From the NCBI GenBank assembly GCA_023390175.1, contig JAEWDK010000008.1:263827-327826 (forward strand): a stretch of 64,000 nt of DNA, read 5' to 3'. Below the pieces are notes generated by a model. That model made no database searches, was not told where the DNA came from, and saw only the letters and a program-made list of their open reading frames with translations. Positions 1-9,592 of the stretch are shown here, in pieces; position 1 is the stretch's first letter; each line of letters starts with the position of its first letter. The stretch comes from Bacillota bacterium. GTDB lineage: Bacteria > Bacillota > Clostridia > Oscillospirales > Acutalibacteraceae. The position numbers and the translations under genes were made by a program.

Positions 1-1
1 C

Positions 2-214
2 GGAATCTCATCGCCTGCGGACTTCACCGTTTATGCAATTTACCCGGGCAGCGATGCTTCCGCGCCGGATTACGCTTTCATTAAGGCTGAACGATTGGAT
101 GGGCTCGTGGATATCCTGCCCATTAACCTAACGTACGATGAGTTTAAATCCTATTACGAAAAAACATTGGCGGAAATAGATGCAAAATCTGAAATTGTTG
201 CAAAGGCGCCATAA
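2..214 (+). CDS. 3' end of an unidentified protein-coding gene that begins upstream of the window
   Basis: Frame 2 is open from the window edge to TAA at 212-214 (...DEFKSYYEKTLAEIDAKSEIVAKAP*). No family recognised. Confidence 0.3.
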   Translation, partial: GISSPADFTVYAIYPGSDASAPDYAFIKAERLDGLVDILPINLTYDEFKSYYEKTLAEIDAKSEIVAKAP

Positions 215-275
215 GTGTTCCGCTGCAAAATATAAAACAGATTTCGGACAAAAAATGGAAGGAGCAGATATTGTT

Positions 276-500
276 ATGGATAAAATACTATTTTATATCA
301 TCACTTATATCCCCTTTTTCTCATTGATTGCCGCAGTGCTCTGTACTATTATTGCCGCTATTCTGGCTCACCGGCATAAAGCATACAAAAAATTAAGAAC
401 AGCTGCGTTTATCGGTTATGGGATTGTTCTAGTGTATTTTTTGATTTTCTTTATACTCGGCATGATCGGGTTCGGCCCGGGATTAAGGTCGTGTGGATAA
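276..500 (+). CDS. small hydrophobic membrane protein (2 predicted TM), hypothetical
   Basis: Internal ATG at 276 is preceded by GAAGGAG. Product MDKILFYIITYIPFFSLIAAVL... is strongly hydrophobic. Followed by a hairpin terminator. Confidence 0.4.
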   Translation: MDKILFYIITYIPFFSLIAAVLCTIIAAILAHRHKAYKKLRTAAFIGYGIVLVYFLIFFILGMIGFGPGLRSCG

Positions 501-546
501 AAAAACATTGCCATACGAAATGAAACGCATGGCAATGTTCTTATTA

Positions 547-2304
547 TTATTTTGTTATTTGCGCTTGTGTTTCGCCCTTATCCTCAAGCAGCTTGGTCTT
601 TACCTGGCGTGTGGTTCCGTTGCCGCCGCTTGCACTTGGGCTTACTATGGTGAGCGTAATGGTTTCGCCCGCCTTATGATTGTTGAGCACCGCATAAAGG
701 TCGTCCAGGCTGGTAAGCGCCTGACCGTCGGCCTTGGTGATAATATCGCCCACAACCACATTGGAATTTCTCAGGTCGCTGTCGGCGCCGATTTCACGGA
801 TGATTACACCTGCCGGCAGTCCGGTAAGCTCTGCCTGAGCTGCGGTGATGGAACCGGCGGTAATGCCCAGGCGGCTGCGCCCGCTCACATAGCCGTGTGC
901 AATCAGCTGATCGATGATTGTCTTTGCCTTGCTGACCGGAATGGCAAAGCCCATTCCTTCATAACCGGTTGCAACAATTTTGTTGGAGTTGATACCCACA
1001 ACCTGGCCGTACATGTTAACAAGCGGGCCGCCGGAATTTCCGGGGTTAATCGCCGCGTCGGTCTGAATATAGGTCATACCGTTGTCGCTGTGAGTCTCGA
1101 TGGAACGGTCCAGCGCGGATACGTATCCGCCGGTAAGGGAGCTGGCATAGCTCAGTCCGCCCGGGTTGCCGATGGCAATCACCTGGTCGCCCACTTCAAG
1201 CTGGGCGGCGTTCCCAAACGTTGCCGGGGTTAAGTTTGTTGCGTTAATCTTTAAAACGGCAATATCGGAAGTCTTGTCATAACCGACCACCGTAGCCGCG
1301 TATTGCTTGCTGTTGTGAAGAACCACTTTCACCTGATTTGATCTGGAATAGTTCACAACGTGAGCGTTTGTCAGAATATATCCGTCGGAGGTTGCAATGA
1401 TGCCGGTACCCTGACCGACTCCGCTTTGCCCCGTGGCAGTGTCAGAAATTGTTGTTTCCACACCCACAACGCTTTCCACCACATTCTTGTAAACCTCTTT
1501 GGCGCTCAGTGCGCTGCCGCTCGGCGTTGAGTTAATTACAATACCCGTGGAATTGGGGTTCGTTCCGTTACCGGACACACCGCCCTGAATCTGCGCCTGG
1601 CTGGAAGAGGAGCTGCCCGCGCCGCCGTTATTGCCGTAGCCGCCGTTCCCCTGCTGCGCCTGCGAGGTTGTGTTGTTCGGCGTGTTTTCCTTTTGGTCAA
1701 TCGCCGTATAAACGCCGTAAACGCAGAAGCCCAGAACGGAGCCGGCGACAAGGATTCCCAAAATCCACAGGAACACCCTCAGGCCGGTATTCTTTCTCTT
1801 CGGCTGTTTGGGCTGCTGCCCGTTTTGCTGCTGATACTGACCGCCGTACTGCTGGTAAGTCCAGTATTGCTGGCCCTGAGAATTGTATTGGCCCTGCTGC
1901 TGGTACGGGGTTTGGCCGTTCTGGCCGTACGTTCCGTAAGGATTGTTGTAATTACCGTACGGATTATTGTATTGCCCATACGGGTTGTTGTATTGCCCGT
2001 AGGGCGAATAAGGATTTTGAGAGTTCTGGTACTGCCCCGGCTGCTGATGCGGATTGGCTGCCGGCTGTTCTGCGGTCGGTTCGTCGGGTGCGGCAGGCTG
2101 TTCTTCCGCCGTGGGCTCTTCGTCCTTCGGCTCTTCTGTCTGGCCCGAAGAAACGTCCTGCCAGTTTTGCTCCGGCTGGGCCGCGGTTTCCTGTTTTGGT
2201 TCGGCGGATTCCTCCGTGTGCGCCTCGGCCTGTTCATTTTCCGAGGGTTTTCCCCACGGATCTTTTTCTTCATTATGATTGTTGTTATACTCGTTGTCAC
2301 TCAT
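547..2304 (-). CDS. htrA: HtrA/DegP-family (S1C) serine protease with a Q/N/Y/P-rich N-terminal low-complexity region, one TM and a C-terminal PDZ domain
   Basis: Trypsin-like motifs TNAHVV, DIAVLK and GNSGGPLVN, plus a PDZ-like C-terminus. Start moved to ATG 2304 (AAAGGG upstream). Confidence 0.85.
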   Translation of the reverse strand: MSDNEYNNNHNEEKDPWGKPSENEQAEAHTEESAEPKQETAAQPEQNWQDVSSGQTEEPKDEEPTAEEQPAAPDEPTAEQPAANPHQQPGQYQNSQNPYSPYGQYNNPYGQYNNPYGNYNNPYGTYGQNGQTPYQQQGQYNSQGQQYWTYQQYGGQYQQQNGQQPKQPKRKNTGLRVFLWILGILVAGSVLGFCVYGVYTAIDQKENTPNNTTSQAQQGNGGYGNNGGAGSSSSSQAQIQGGVSGNGTNPNSTGIVINSTPSGSALSAKEVYKNVVESVVGVETTISDTATGQSGVGQGTGIIATSDGYILTNAHVVNYSRSNQVKVVLHNSKQYAATVVGYDKTSDIAVLKINATNLTPATFGNAAQLEVGDQVIAIGNPGGLSYASSLTGGYVSALDRSIETHSDNGMTYIQTDAAINPGNSGGPLVNMYGQVVGINSNKIVATGYEGMGFAIPVSKAKTIIDQLIAHGYVSGRSRLGITAGSITAAQAELTGLPAGVIIREIGADSDLRNSNVVVGDIITKADGQALTSLDDLYAVLNNHKAGETITLTIVSPSASGGNGTTRQVKTKLLEDKGETQAQITK

Positions 2305-2323
2305 AAACAATTACCCTTTCTGT

Positions 2324-3811
2324 CTATTCTTTGGGCTGTTCCGGCGAATCGTCGGTTAATTTGGGCGGTTCGCCTTTTTTCGGAAGCCAAAATTCAAACT
2401 GGCAGTATTCATTTTGCACACTGCTCACGTTGATTTCGCCGCCGTGCAGCCTGATAATGGTTCTTACGATATAAAGTCCCAAGCCCATGCCGTTTTTATC
2501 CTGGCTTCGGGATTTATCGGTTTTATAAAATCGGTCAAAAATCAGCGGAAGTTCGTCTGGCGCAATCCCAAGCCCACTGTTTTTAATTGCCACAACGGTT
2601 CTTCCCGGCGAATCCGTAATACGGATTTCAATACAGCCGTTTTGATTTGTAAACTTAACCGCGTTTTCAATTAAATTATACACAACTTGGTGAATCATAT
2701 CCGGGTCGCCGTCAACAAATAAGCTTTCCGCATTTTCAAGGCCGCGGACTTCGATTTTTTTGTCATCAATTGCCTTTTCAAAGGAAATCAGCGCAATTAA
2801 AACGGTATTGGTCAAATCGAATCTTGCGGGGCGAAGCCTCAGCTCTCCGCTGTCAATACGGGACAAATCCAGCATGGTGCGCACCAATCGGGAAAGACGC
2901 TTAATTTCCTGCGACACAATATTCAGGTAATAGCTCTGCTTTTCCGCCGGAATCGTTCCGTCCAGAATTCCGTCGATAAACCCGGCAATGGTGGTCATCG
3001 GCGTTTTCAGCTCATGCGAAACATTTGCGATAAAATTGCGTCGCACACTTTCGCCCGAGGAAAGGGAACTGGCCATGTTGTTGAACGCGACCGCAAGCTC
3101 CCCGATTTCGTCCTGACTGGTGACCGGAACACGGATGGAAAAGTTACCGTCCCCGAACGTGCGGGCCGCGGCGGCCATGTCACGCAGCGGTCGCACCAGT
3201 TTGTACGAAAACAGCCACACCGCGCAGAACGCAACCATAAACGCAGCAATTGCGGCAAGCACGAACACCCGAATAATTTCATACCGGAATGTATTGAACG
3301 AATATACGTTATATGAAGTAAAAACAGCCCCAATTGTCGCTTTGCTGCCATTGATGCTTACAACGATCGGCACGCCGACCGAATAATAAGGCTGGTCGTA
3401 AATTCCGCCCATTGTTCCCTGGCTGCTGTACCGCCCGGCGAGCGCCTTCTGCATAATGTCGGCTCCGACTTTTTTGGCGCCGTTCACCTTGCTGTCGTCC
3501 GCATATGCCGCAATAACAACCTGGCCGTTCATGTTGGTAACAAAAATATCGGCGTCGGTATTGTCGGAAAATGCCGCAATAAAAGTTTGCATTCGCTCCG
3601 TTTGTATTGTGTAAACGTTGTTTTCCACGGAGGTCACGCTGTCCGCAGCGATCGCAGCCACGCTTTGGGCATTTTTTAGCAGCAGATTGCGCTTTTCCGT
3701 CTGCCAGTAAGTGGAAACAAACACCAGCATAATGACGCTCAGGATAAAGAAGCTGATTGCGATAATCAGCGACGTAATCCGCAAATATTTTTTAAACAGC
3801 GTTTTTTGCAT
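2324..3811 (-). CDS. sensor histidine kinase (TM-extracellular loop-TM-HAMP-HisKA-HATPase), CssS/ResE-like
   Basis: H-box SHELKTPMTTI and ATPase boxes NLIENAVKF, KNSGLGI, GMGLGLYIV. Two hydrophobic segments flank a ~150 aa loop. Confidence 0.85.
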   Translation of the reverse strand: MQKTLFKKYLRITSLIIAISFFILSVIMLVFVSTYWQTEKRNLLLKNAQSVAAIAADSVTSVENNVYTIQTERMQTFIAAFSDNTDADIFVTNMNGQVVIAAYADDSKVNGAKKVGADIMQKALAGRYSSQGTMGGIYDQPYYSVGVPIVVSINGSKATIGAVFTSYNVYSFNTFRYEIIRVFVLAAIAAFMVAFCAVWLFSYKLVRPLRDMAAAARTFGDGNFSIRVPVTSQDEIGELAVAFNNMASSLSSGESVRRNFIANVSHELKTPMTTIAGFIDGILDGTIPAEKQSYYLNIVSQEIKRLSRLVRTMLDLSRIDSGELRLRPARFDLTNTVLIALISFEKAIDDKKIEVRGLENAESLFVDGDPDMIHQVVYNLIENAVKFTNQNGCIEIRITDSPGRTVVAIKNSGLGIAPDELPLIFDRFYKTDKSRSQDKNGMGLGLYIVRTIIRLHGGEINVSSVQNEYCQFEFWLPKKGEPPKLTDDSPEQPKE

Positions 3812-3843
3812 TATTTTATCCGCACCTGCATCCTATCTTTTGG

Positions 3844-4533
3844 TTAAAGCTTTGCTTCAAATTTATATCCCACGCCCCAAACGGTTTTCAGCGCCCATTT
3901 GTCGGAAACGCCTTCCAGCTTTTCCCTCAGGCGCTTTACGTGAACGTCCACCGTGCGGCTGTCGCCGTAATAGTCAAATCCCCAAACCTCGTCAAGCAAC
4001 TGGTCGCGCGTAAAAACGCGGTTCGGGTTGCTTGCCAGGTGATAAATCAGTTCCATTTCCTTCGGCGGGGTGTCTATCTGCTGCCCGTTGACGCGCAGCT
4101 CATAGTTGGTCAGGTTAATCGAAAGCTTGTCATACTTGACTTCTTTCACCAGTTCATCGTTATTCTTGCCAAACCGGCGCAGAACAGCTTTGATTCTCGC
4201 CACCACTTCTTTCGCCTCAAACGGCTTCACCACATAATCATCCGCACCAAGCTCAAGTCCGAGCACCTTGTCAAATACCTCGCCCTTGGCGGTCAGCATA
4301 ATAATCGGGCATTGGGATTTTTTGCGGATCTCACGGCACACCTGCCAGCCGTCAAGCTCGGGCAGCATAATGTCGAGCAAAATCAAGTCGGGATTTTCAG
4401 TATCAAAGGCATCGAGCGCTTTGCGTCCGTCATTGGCAATTGCCACCTCAAAGCCCTCTTTTTCAACATACAGTCTTAGCAGTTCACAAATGTTTTGGTC
4501 ATCATCCACTACTAAAATCTTTCCTACAGCCAT
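3844..4533 (-). CDS. OmpR/PhoB-family response regulator
   Basis: Receiver domain (VVDDD...LLDIMLPELDG...K) followed by a winged helix (RTVDVHVKRLREKL...VWGVGYKF). Lies directly upstream of the kinase. Confidence 0.9.
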   Translation of the reverse strand: MAVGKILVVDDDQNICELLRLYVEKEGFEVAIANDGRKALDAFDTENPDLILLDIMLPELDGWQVCREIRKKSQCPIIMLTAKGEVFDKVLGLELGADDYVVKPFEAKEVVARIKAVLRRFGKNNDELVKEVKYDKLSINLTNYELRVNGQQIDTPPKEMELIYHLASNPNRVFTRDQLLDEVWGFDYYGDSRTVDVHVKRLREKLEGVSDKWALKTVWGVGYKFEAKL

Positions 4534-4673
4534 TTTCTACTTCCTCCTTATACCCAAACAAATTTTCGTCTATTTTGATTATAAAATAAACCCACCCAAA
4601 AGTCATGAATTTTTTATAAAGGTTTTTGAATATTATATGAATAGTGGGGAGCGCTTACACGCTCCCCACTGCT

Positions 4674-5156
4674 CTATTTCATAATACTGTTTAAAAGGCC
4701 GCCCTTTTGAATGATATTCTGAATAAACGGCGGAAACGGCTGCGCCCGGTAGCTTTTCCCGCTGGTTCTGTTCCGAATGACCCCGGTGTCGAAATCGACC
4801 TCCACGTCGTCGCCGTTCTGAATTTCGCCCGCCGCTTCGCCGCACTCCAAAATCGGCAGGCCAATGTTGATGGCGTTGCGGTAAAAAATGCGGGCGAACG
4901 TGCTTGCAATTACGCAGGAAACGCCGCTTGCCTGAATTGCGATCGGCGCGTGCTCCCGGGAAGAACCGCAGCCGAAATTTTTATCGGCAACAATAATGTC
5001 GCCCGGCTTCACATTTTTTACAAAATCCTTGTCGATGTCCTCCATGCAGTGGGCTGCCAGCTCCGCGTGGGAAGCGGTGTTCAAATATCTTGCGGGAATA
5101 ATTACGTCCGTATCGACGTTATCACCGTATTTATGAACGAATCCATGTGCATTCAT
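4674..5156 (-). CDS. leuD: aconitase-family dehydratase small subunit (3-isopropylmalate dehydratase LeuD type)
   Basis: Swivel-domain motif [10 protein letters not shown]. 160 aa, adjacent to the large subunit. Confidence 0.7.
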   Translation of the reverse strand: MNAHGFVHKYGDNVDTDVIIPARYLNTASHAELAAHCMEDIDKDFVKNVKPGDIIVADKNFGCGSSREHAPIAIQASGVSCVIASTFARIFYRNAINIGLPILECGEAAGEIQNGDDVEVDFDTGVIRNRTSGKSYRAQPFPPFIQNIIQKGGLLNSIMK

Positions 5157-5168
5157 TGTTCTTCCTCC

Positions 5169-6431
5169 TTACTTGATTTCATCCGGGTCGGAAATATAGC
5201 CTGTAACGGCGCTTGCCGCCGCAACGGCAGGGCTTGCCAAATATACTTCCGATTCAACATGGCCCATGCGCCCGACAAAGTTGCGGTTGGTGGTTGAAAC
5301 CGCACGCTCCCCCTTGCCCAAAATGCCCATATGGCCGCCAAGGCAGGGGCCGCAGGTCGGGGTACTGAACACAGCGCCCGCCTCCACGAAAATTTCCGTC
5401 AGTCCTTCACGCAGCGCCTGTAAATAGATTGCCTGTGTGCCCGGCAGGATGATACAGCGCACATTTTTTGCCACTTTCCTGCCCTTTAAAATCGATGCGG
5501 CAATGCGCAGGTCTTCAATACGGCCGTTGGTGCAGGAGCCGATCACGCTCTGGTCAATCTTGATTTTTCCCACCTCATCAATCGTTTTTGTGTTCTCCGG
5601 CAAATGGGGGAACGCAACGGTGGGGCGCAGCTGCGCCAAATCAATTTCGATCACCTCGTCATACACCGCGTCCGGGTCGGCGGAGTATACATCGGGTTCC
5701 CGCTGAAAACGGTCTTTTTCGTAAGCGAGCGTGACTTCGTCCACCGGGAAAATTCCGTTTTTCGCCCCGGCTTCAATCGCCATGTTGGCAATGCAGAGCC
5801 GGTCGTCCATGGAAAGCGATTTTACGCCCTCGCCGGTAAACTCCAGCGAACGGTAAAGCGCGCCGTCCACGCCGATGCTGCCGATCAGGTGAAGAATCAC
5901 GTCCTTGCCGCTGACCCATTTGGCCGGCTTGTTCTTCAGTACAACCTGAATTGCGGAGGGCACCTTAAACCAAGCCTTGCCGGTAATCATCCCCGCGGCC
6001 ATGTCCGTGGAACCGACCCCAGTGGAAAACGCACCCAGCGCACCGTAGGTGCAGGTGTGCGAATCCGCCCCGATGATGCAGTCGCCCGGGCCGACCAGCC
6101 CTTTTTCAGGCAGCAGCGCATGTTCAATGCCCATCTGACCCACATCAAAGAAATTCGTGATCTCATATTTTTCCGCAAAATTGCGAACCTGGCGGCACTG
6201 CTCCGCGGCTTTTATGTCCTTGTTCGGCGTAAAGTGGTCCAGCACCAGCGCAATTTTATCTTTGCTGAATACGGAGGAAGCTCCGCATTTTTCAAATTCG
6301 TTAATCGCAACCGGCGAAGTGATGTCGTTTCCGAGCACCATGTCGAGCTTTGCCTCAATCAGCTGGCCGGCTTCCACCTTTTGCAAGCCCGCGTGCGCGG
6401 CAAGAATCTTCTGCGTCATTGTCATGCCCAT
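5169..6431 (-). CDS. leuC: aconitase-family dehydratase large subunit (3-isopropylmalate dehydratase LeuC type)
   Basis: Fe-S ligand contexts GADSHT, GSCTNGR and [17 protein letters not shown] lies 7 nt before ATG 6431. Confidence 0.75.
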   Translation of the reverse strand: MGMTMTQKILAAHAGLQKVEAGQLIEAKLDMVLGNDITSPVAINEFEKCGASSVFSKDKIALVLDHFTPNKDIKAAEQCRQVRNFAEKYEITNFFDVGQMGIEHALLPEKGLVGPGDCIIGADSHTCTYGALGAFSTGVGSTDMAAGMITGKAWFKVPSAIQVVLKNKPAKWVSGKDVILHLIGSIGVDGALYRSLEFTGEGVKSLSMDDRLCIANMAIEAGAKNGIFPVDEVTLAYEKDRFQREPDVYSADPDAVYDEVIEIDLAQLRPTVAFPHLPENTKTIDEVGKIKIDQSVIGSCTNGRIEDLRIAASILKGRKVAKNVRCIILPGTQAIYLQALREGLTEIFVEAGAVFSTPTCGPCLGGHMGILGKGERAVSTTNRNFVGRMGHVESEVYLASPAVAAASAVTGYISDPDEIK

Positions 6432-6553
6432 TGGTATATCCTCCCTGTTTCTTCCGAATTTATCCTGCTTGATTTATTATTGCACGGAACTTGCGCGAAG
6501 AATGTATCATATGTTACAATTGAAGCAAATTATACCGTGTAAAAGGAGTTTGT

Positions 6554-7177
6554 ATGAATCCGGTTGAATATGAAAACACATGGGGCGTGCTGGAAAAGTC
6601 CCACACGCCCCATACTTACCCGAAAAATAAAATGATTTACTGGCAGGAAGCGCCCGCCGGTGAATTTTACTACCTAAAAAGCGGAAGCGTCAAAATCTTC
6701 CTCAGTTCCGAAAACGGCATGGAAAAAACGCTTACTGTTTTAAAAAGCGGCAGTATTTTCGGCGAAGCTGCCTTTTTTGACGGCCTGCCCCGGGTTTCTT
6801 CCGCGAAAACGCTTGTGGAATCCGAAATCATCACGGTCACCCGCCAAAGCCTGATGGACTGCTTCCGCCGGGAACCGCAGCTCGCCATGAATCTGCTTAT
6901 GTATCTGTCACAGACCATCCGCATGCTTTCGGCTCAGGTGGACACCATGACCTTTTTACAGGCCGACCGGCGCATTGCCCAGCTGCTGCTGAAGCTGGCG
7001 GCAAACGGAACCGTAAGCGCCACTCACGACGACCTTGCGGGCCTTGCGGGCGTTTCACGCGTTACTGTCAGCCGCATTCTGAACCGATTTGCACAAAACG
7101 GCTGGATTGTCCCCCGTTACCGTGAAGTGCAAATTTTAAACGAAGCGGGCCTGAAGAAATTTACTGAGCGGACGTAA
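6554..7177 (+). CDS. Crp/Fnr-family transcriptional regulator
   Basis: cNMP-binding barrel (GSIFGEAAFFDG) followed by an HTH (LAGLAGVSRVTVSRILNRF). AAAGGAG RBS. Confidence 0.8.
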   Translation: MNPVEYENTWGVLEKSHTPHTYPKNKMIYWQEAPAGEFYYLKSGSVKIFLSSENGMEKTLTVLKSGSIFGEAAFFDGLPRVSSAKTLVESEIITVTRQSLMDCFRREPQLAMNLLMYLSQTIRMLSAQVDTMTFLQADRRIAQLLLKLAANGTVSATHDDLAGLAGVSRVTVSRILNRFAQNGWIVPRYREVQILNEAGLKKFTERT

Positions 7178-7883
7178 TCTTATCAAACAGCTTTTTGGAA
7201 GCGGCAAAGTACTGTTCCTTGTCCTTCTTGTCCTCCAGCTTTGTTCCTTTAAAAACGCGCATGGACAGGCTTAATTTGTCCAAAATGGCGCCATAAGATG
7301 AATTCGTGCTCAAACCGGAAAGTTTTTTGCAGTCCTTCAACGCAATCCGCATATGCGCAAAGTCCGAAGCGTTATCCTCCGGCGTCGAGCCGTCAAGGTA
7401 CGCAAACAGCTTCTGCTTTTTCTGCTGATCCTGAAAGGAAGCGTCGTCGGTAAGGAAAATCATGCTCGAACCCTCGGACAAATCCGCATCCAGCTTCACA
7501 ACGCCGGCCATCTGCACGTTCGGGTCGCCGACATTGGAGGAATCGCTTGCGATTGCGGTGGGGGTAATCTGCACAACCACCTTGCCGTCAGAGTTTAAAT
7601 CTTCGCCGTACTTGGCCAGCTCTGTTTCCAGCGCATCGACCGCTTCCTGCGGATAGCTGCTTTGCGTAATCAGCCCGACCTGATAATCCGGGCGGACAGC
7701 GGAGGTCATGTCATGAATCAAAAAGACAGCCAAAGCAATCACTGCAGCACCGATTAACACATGCAATTTATAGTAATACCAAAAATTCTGCCATTTTGCC
7801 TTCGGGTTATCCGCCTTTTTCTCCGCACCGGGTTCATTGATTTTTTCCTCGCCCGCGTGGAGGAGATATCGCTCCCTTGCCAC
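7161..7883 (-). CDS. hypothetical single-pass membrane protein
   Basis: 240-aa ORF with GTG start, one TM (LHVLIGAAVIALAVFLI) and host-like composition. No family recognised. Its 3' end overlaps the Crp gene by 17 nt. Confidence 0.5.
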   Translation of the reverse strand: MARERYLLHAGEEKINEPGAEKKADNPKAKWQNFWYYYKLHVLIGAAVIALAVFLIHDMTSAVRPDYQVGLITQSSYPQEAVDALETELAKYGEDLNSDGKVVVQITPTAIASDSSNVGDPNVQMAGVVKLDADLSEGSSMIFLTDDASFQDQQKKQKLFAYLDGSTPEDNASDFAHMRIALKDCKKLSGLSTNSSYGAILDKLSLSMRVFKGTKLEDKKDKEQYFAASKKLFDKITSAQ

Positions 7884-7993
7884 TCAAATCACTCCCTAGG
7901 TTTCATCGTCGGGAACAACATTCCCGAACAATCACTAATTCTCATTTTTCTTTAAATCCTTATCACTCAAGGCAATTTTGCCTTTTTCTTAAA

Positions 7994-8060
7994 CCATCAT
8001 ATCATATTCTGTCAAGAGATTTCATTAAACAGGCGTAATTTGGTCGTACAAGCGGTGGTA
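7994..8060. repeat. left att-like repeat blocks (CCATCATATCATA ...35 nt... GGTCGTACAAGCGGTGGTA)
   Basis: Same two blocks, in the same order and orientation, as at 15759-15795. An extra GGTCGTA lies at 8064-8070, next to the int stop codon. Confidence 0.45.
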
Positions 8061-8072
8061 TGTGGTCGTAGC

Positions 8073-9308
8073 TTATAAAGTCTGCTCCTGTTCTTTGATA
8101 AAGTCATTGAATGTCTTTATTTCTCGCTTCTGCAAATCGCAAGTACAATCAGCGTATATGTCAAGCGTTGTACTTATGTCTGCATGACCAAGCACCGATT
8201 GTATCACCTTTATATTGATTCCACTTTCGCATAAGCGTGTTGTAAAGGTATGTCTCAAAGTATGGCAACTAAAATGCGGAAGTAACACAAGCGGCTCATT
8301 TCCTTTTGCTTTATCAATGACTTCTTGATTGCAATCCCTTGTAATGCGTCTAATTGCCTTGTTGAGCGTTCCTTGATGCTGTGCAAGTCCAAACCTGTTT
8401 ACAAAGATAAAATCGCTGAAACCGTCAATCGTAACATTTGAGGATATACCGCACTGCTCCTGATAGTCCTTTTCCATGTTGAAAGCTTCTTTGACACTTT
8501 CAATCATCGGCACGATTCTTTCTCCGGCTCTTGTCTTCGGAGTATTTACACCGAAAGAGCAACCACCCTTATTATGGCAGTAATATACAAGCGTATGATT
8601 GACATTGATAATCCCTTCATCCAAATCAATGTCCTGCCATCTTAGACCAGTTAATTCTCCGACACGGAGACCGGTTCCAAGCATTGCCGCAAATATCGGA
8701 TACCAATGACAGTATTGATTGCTGTTTTTTAGAAAATCAAGAAATATTTTCTGCTCTTGCACCGTCAACGCTTTTCGCTTTTCAGTGTGCAGATTCCTTG
8801 CAAGCTTCAATTCCTTCAAAGCATTGTCACTAATATTACTCCGAAGATAACCATCTTCAACTGCCAATGTCAAAACCTGATGCAGCACCGTATGAATATT
8901 ATCAACCGTTGAGATTTTCAAGCTTTTATCGTCAATCAGTGAATTATAGAATCTTCTGATATCCGACCGCTTCAAAATTGTAATCTTGCGAAGTCCAAAA
9001 TTCGGCTGTACAAACTGATCATACATGTACTGATAGTTCTGAAAGGTATTATCCTTTAATCCCTTTTTCAGATTTTTCCAAAGGTCGTAAATGTCATTGA
9101 TAGTCACATTTCCGGCATCTGTACGAATTCCATCACTCTTATCTAGTTGTATTTGCTGTTCTTTTTCGCGAAGTTCTCCGAGATTGCTTGCGTAAACAGA
9201 ATTGCGTTTTTTGCAAGTACGCCAACGATATTCGTACATACCGTCAGGACGCTGGTATTCGTTTTCTTTGAGGACTCGCCCTTTATTGTCTTTTCTTCTT
9301 TCTGTCAT
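8073..9308 (-). CDS. int: tyrosine site-specific recombinase, Tn916-family integrase
   Basis: N-terminus ERRKDNKGRVLKENEYQRPDGMYEYRW resembles the Tn916 Int arm-binding domain. Catalytic contexts GLRVGE, HTLRHTF, LGHADISTTLDIY. Confidence 0.9.
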   Translation of the reverse strand: MTERRKDNKGRVLKENEYQRPDGMYEYRWRTCKKRNSVYASNLGELREKEQQIQLDKSDGIRTDAGNVTINDIYDLWKNLKKGLKDNTFQNYQYMYDQFVQPNFGLRKITILKRSDIRRFYNSLIDDKSLKISTVDNIHTVLHQVLTLAVEDGYLRSNISDNALKELKLARNLHTEKRKALTVQEQKIFLDFLKNSNQYCHWYPIFAAMLGTGLRVGELTGLRWQDIDLDEGIINVNHTLVYYCHNKGGCSFGVNTPKTRAGERIVPMIESVKEAFNMEKDYQEQCGISSNVTIDGFSDFIFVNRFGLAQHQGTLNKAIRRITRDCNQEVIDKAKGNEPLVLLPHFSCHTLRHTFTTRLCESGINIKVIQSVLGHADISTTLDIYADCTCDLQKREIKTFNDFIKEQEQTL

Positions 9309-9394
9309 TTTCTACTCCTTCCATATGACAGAAAGCCGATGTTAATGCTATTTTAACACATCGGCTCTCTACTGTAAATGGGAGACATCCATTA

Positions 9395-9592
9395 TTAAAT
9401 TGAAAACGACCTGCCTATATATTCGTCAAACTGTTTTCGCTTGATAAGTCTTTTTCTGCCTACATACAGGACAAAATTACAATCATCCGGTTCTGTAAGT
9501 TCTCTAAGTTTATGCTCACCAATGCCATACAAAGACGCGGCTTCATCAATCGTCAATGTTGGCTTGTCTTTAAGTTGCGGCTTCTCTGTCAT
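9395..9592 (-). CDS. xis: excisionase-type HTH DNA-binding protein
   Basis: 65 aa. LTIDEAASLYGIGEHKLRELT...RKRLIKRKQFDEYI pattern. Sits immediately upstream of int and overlaps the FtsK-like gene by 23 nt. Confidence 0.75.
   Translation of the reverse strand: MTEKPQLKDKPTLTIDEAASLYGIGEHKLRELTEPDDCNFVLYVGRKRLIKRKQFDEYIGRSFSI

Noticed and set aside
1536-2433. Cluster of overlapping ORFs on both strands (1668..2306+, 1693..2433+, 1779..2300-, 2054..2278+, 1536..1751-)
   Set aside because: All lie within the repetitive low-complexity N-terminal coding region of htrA, where stop codons are rare in every frame. Their products are low-complexity Arg/Leu strings.
7884-8072. Possible tRNA or tmRNA gene as the integration target at the element ends
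   Set aside because: No cloverleaf-compatible sequence (no GTTCRANNC T-loop with matching acceptor stem) is present at either junction. The insertion appears to be intergenic, between lysS and a hypothetical gene.
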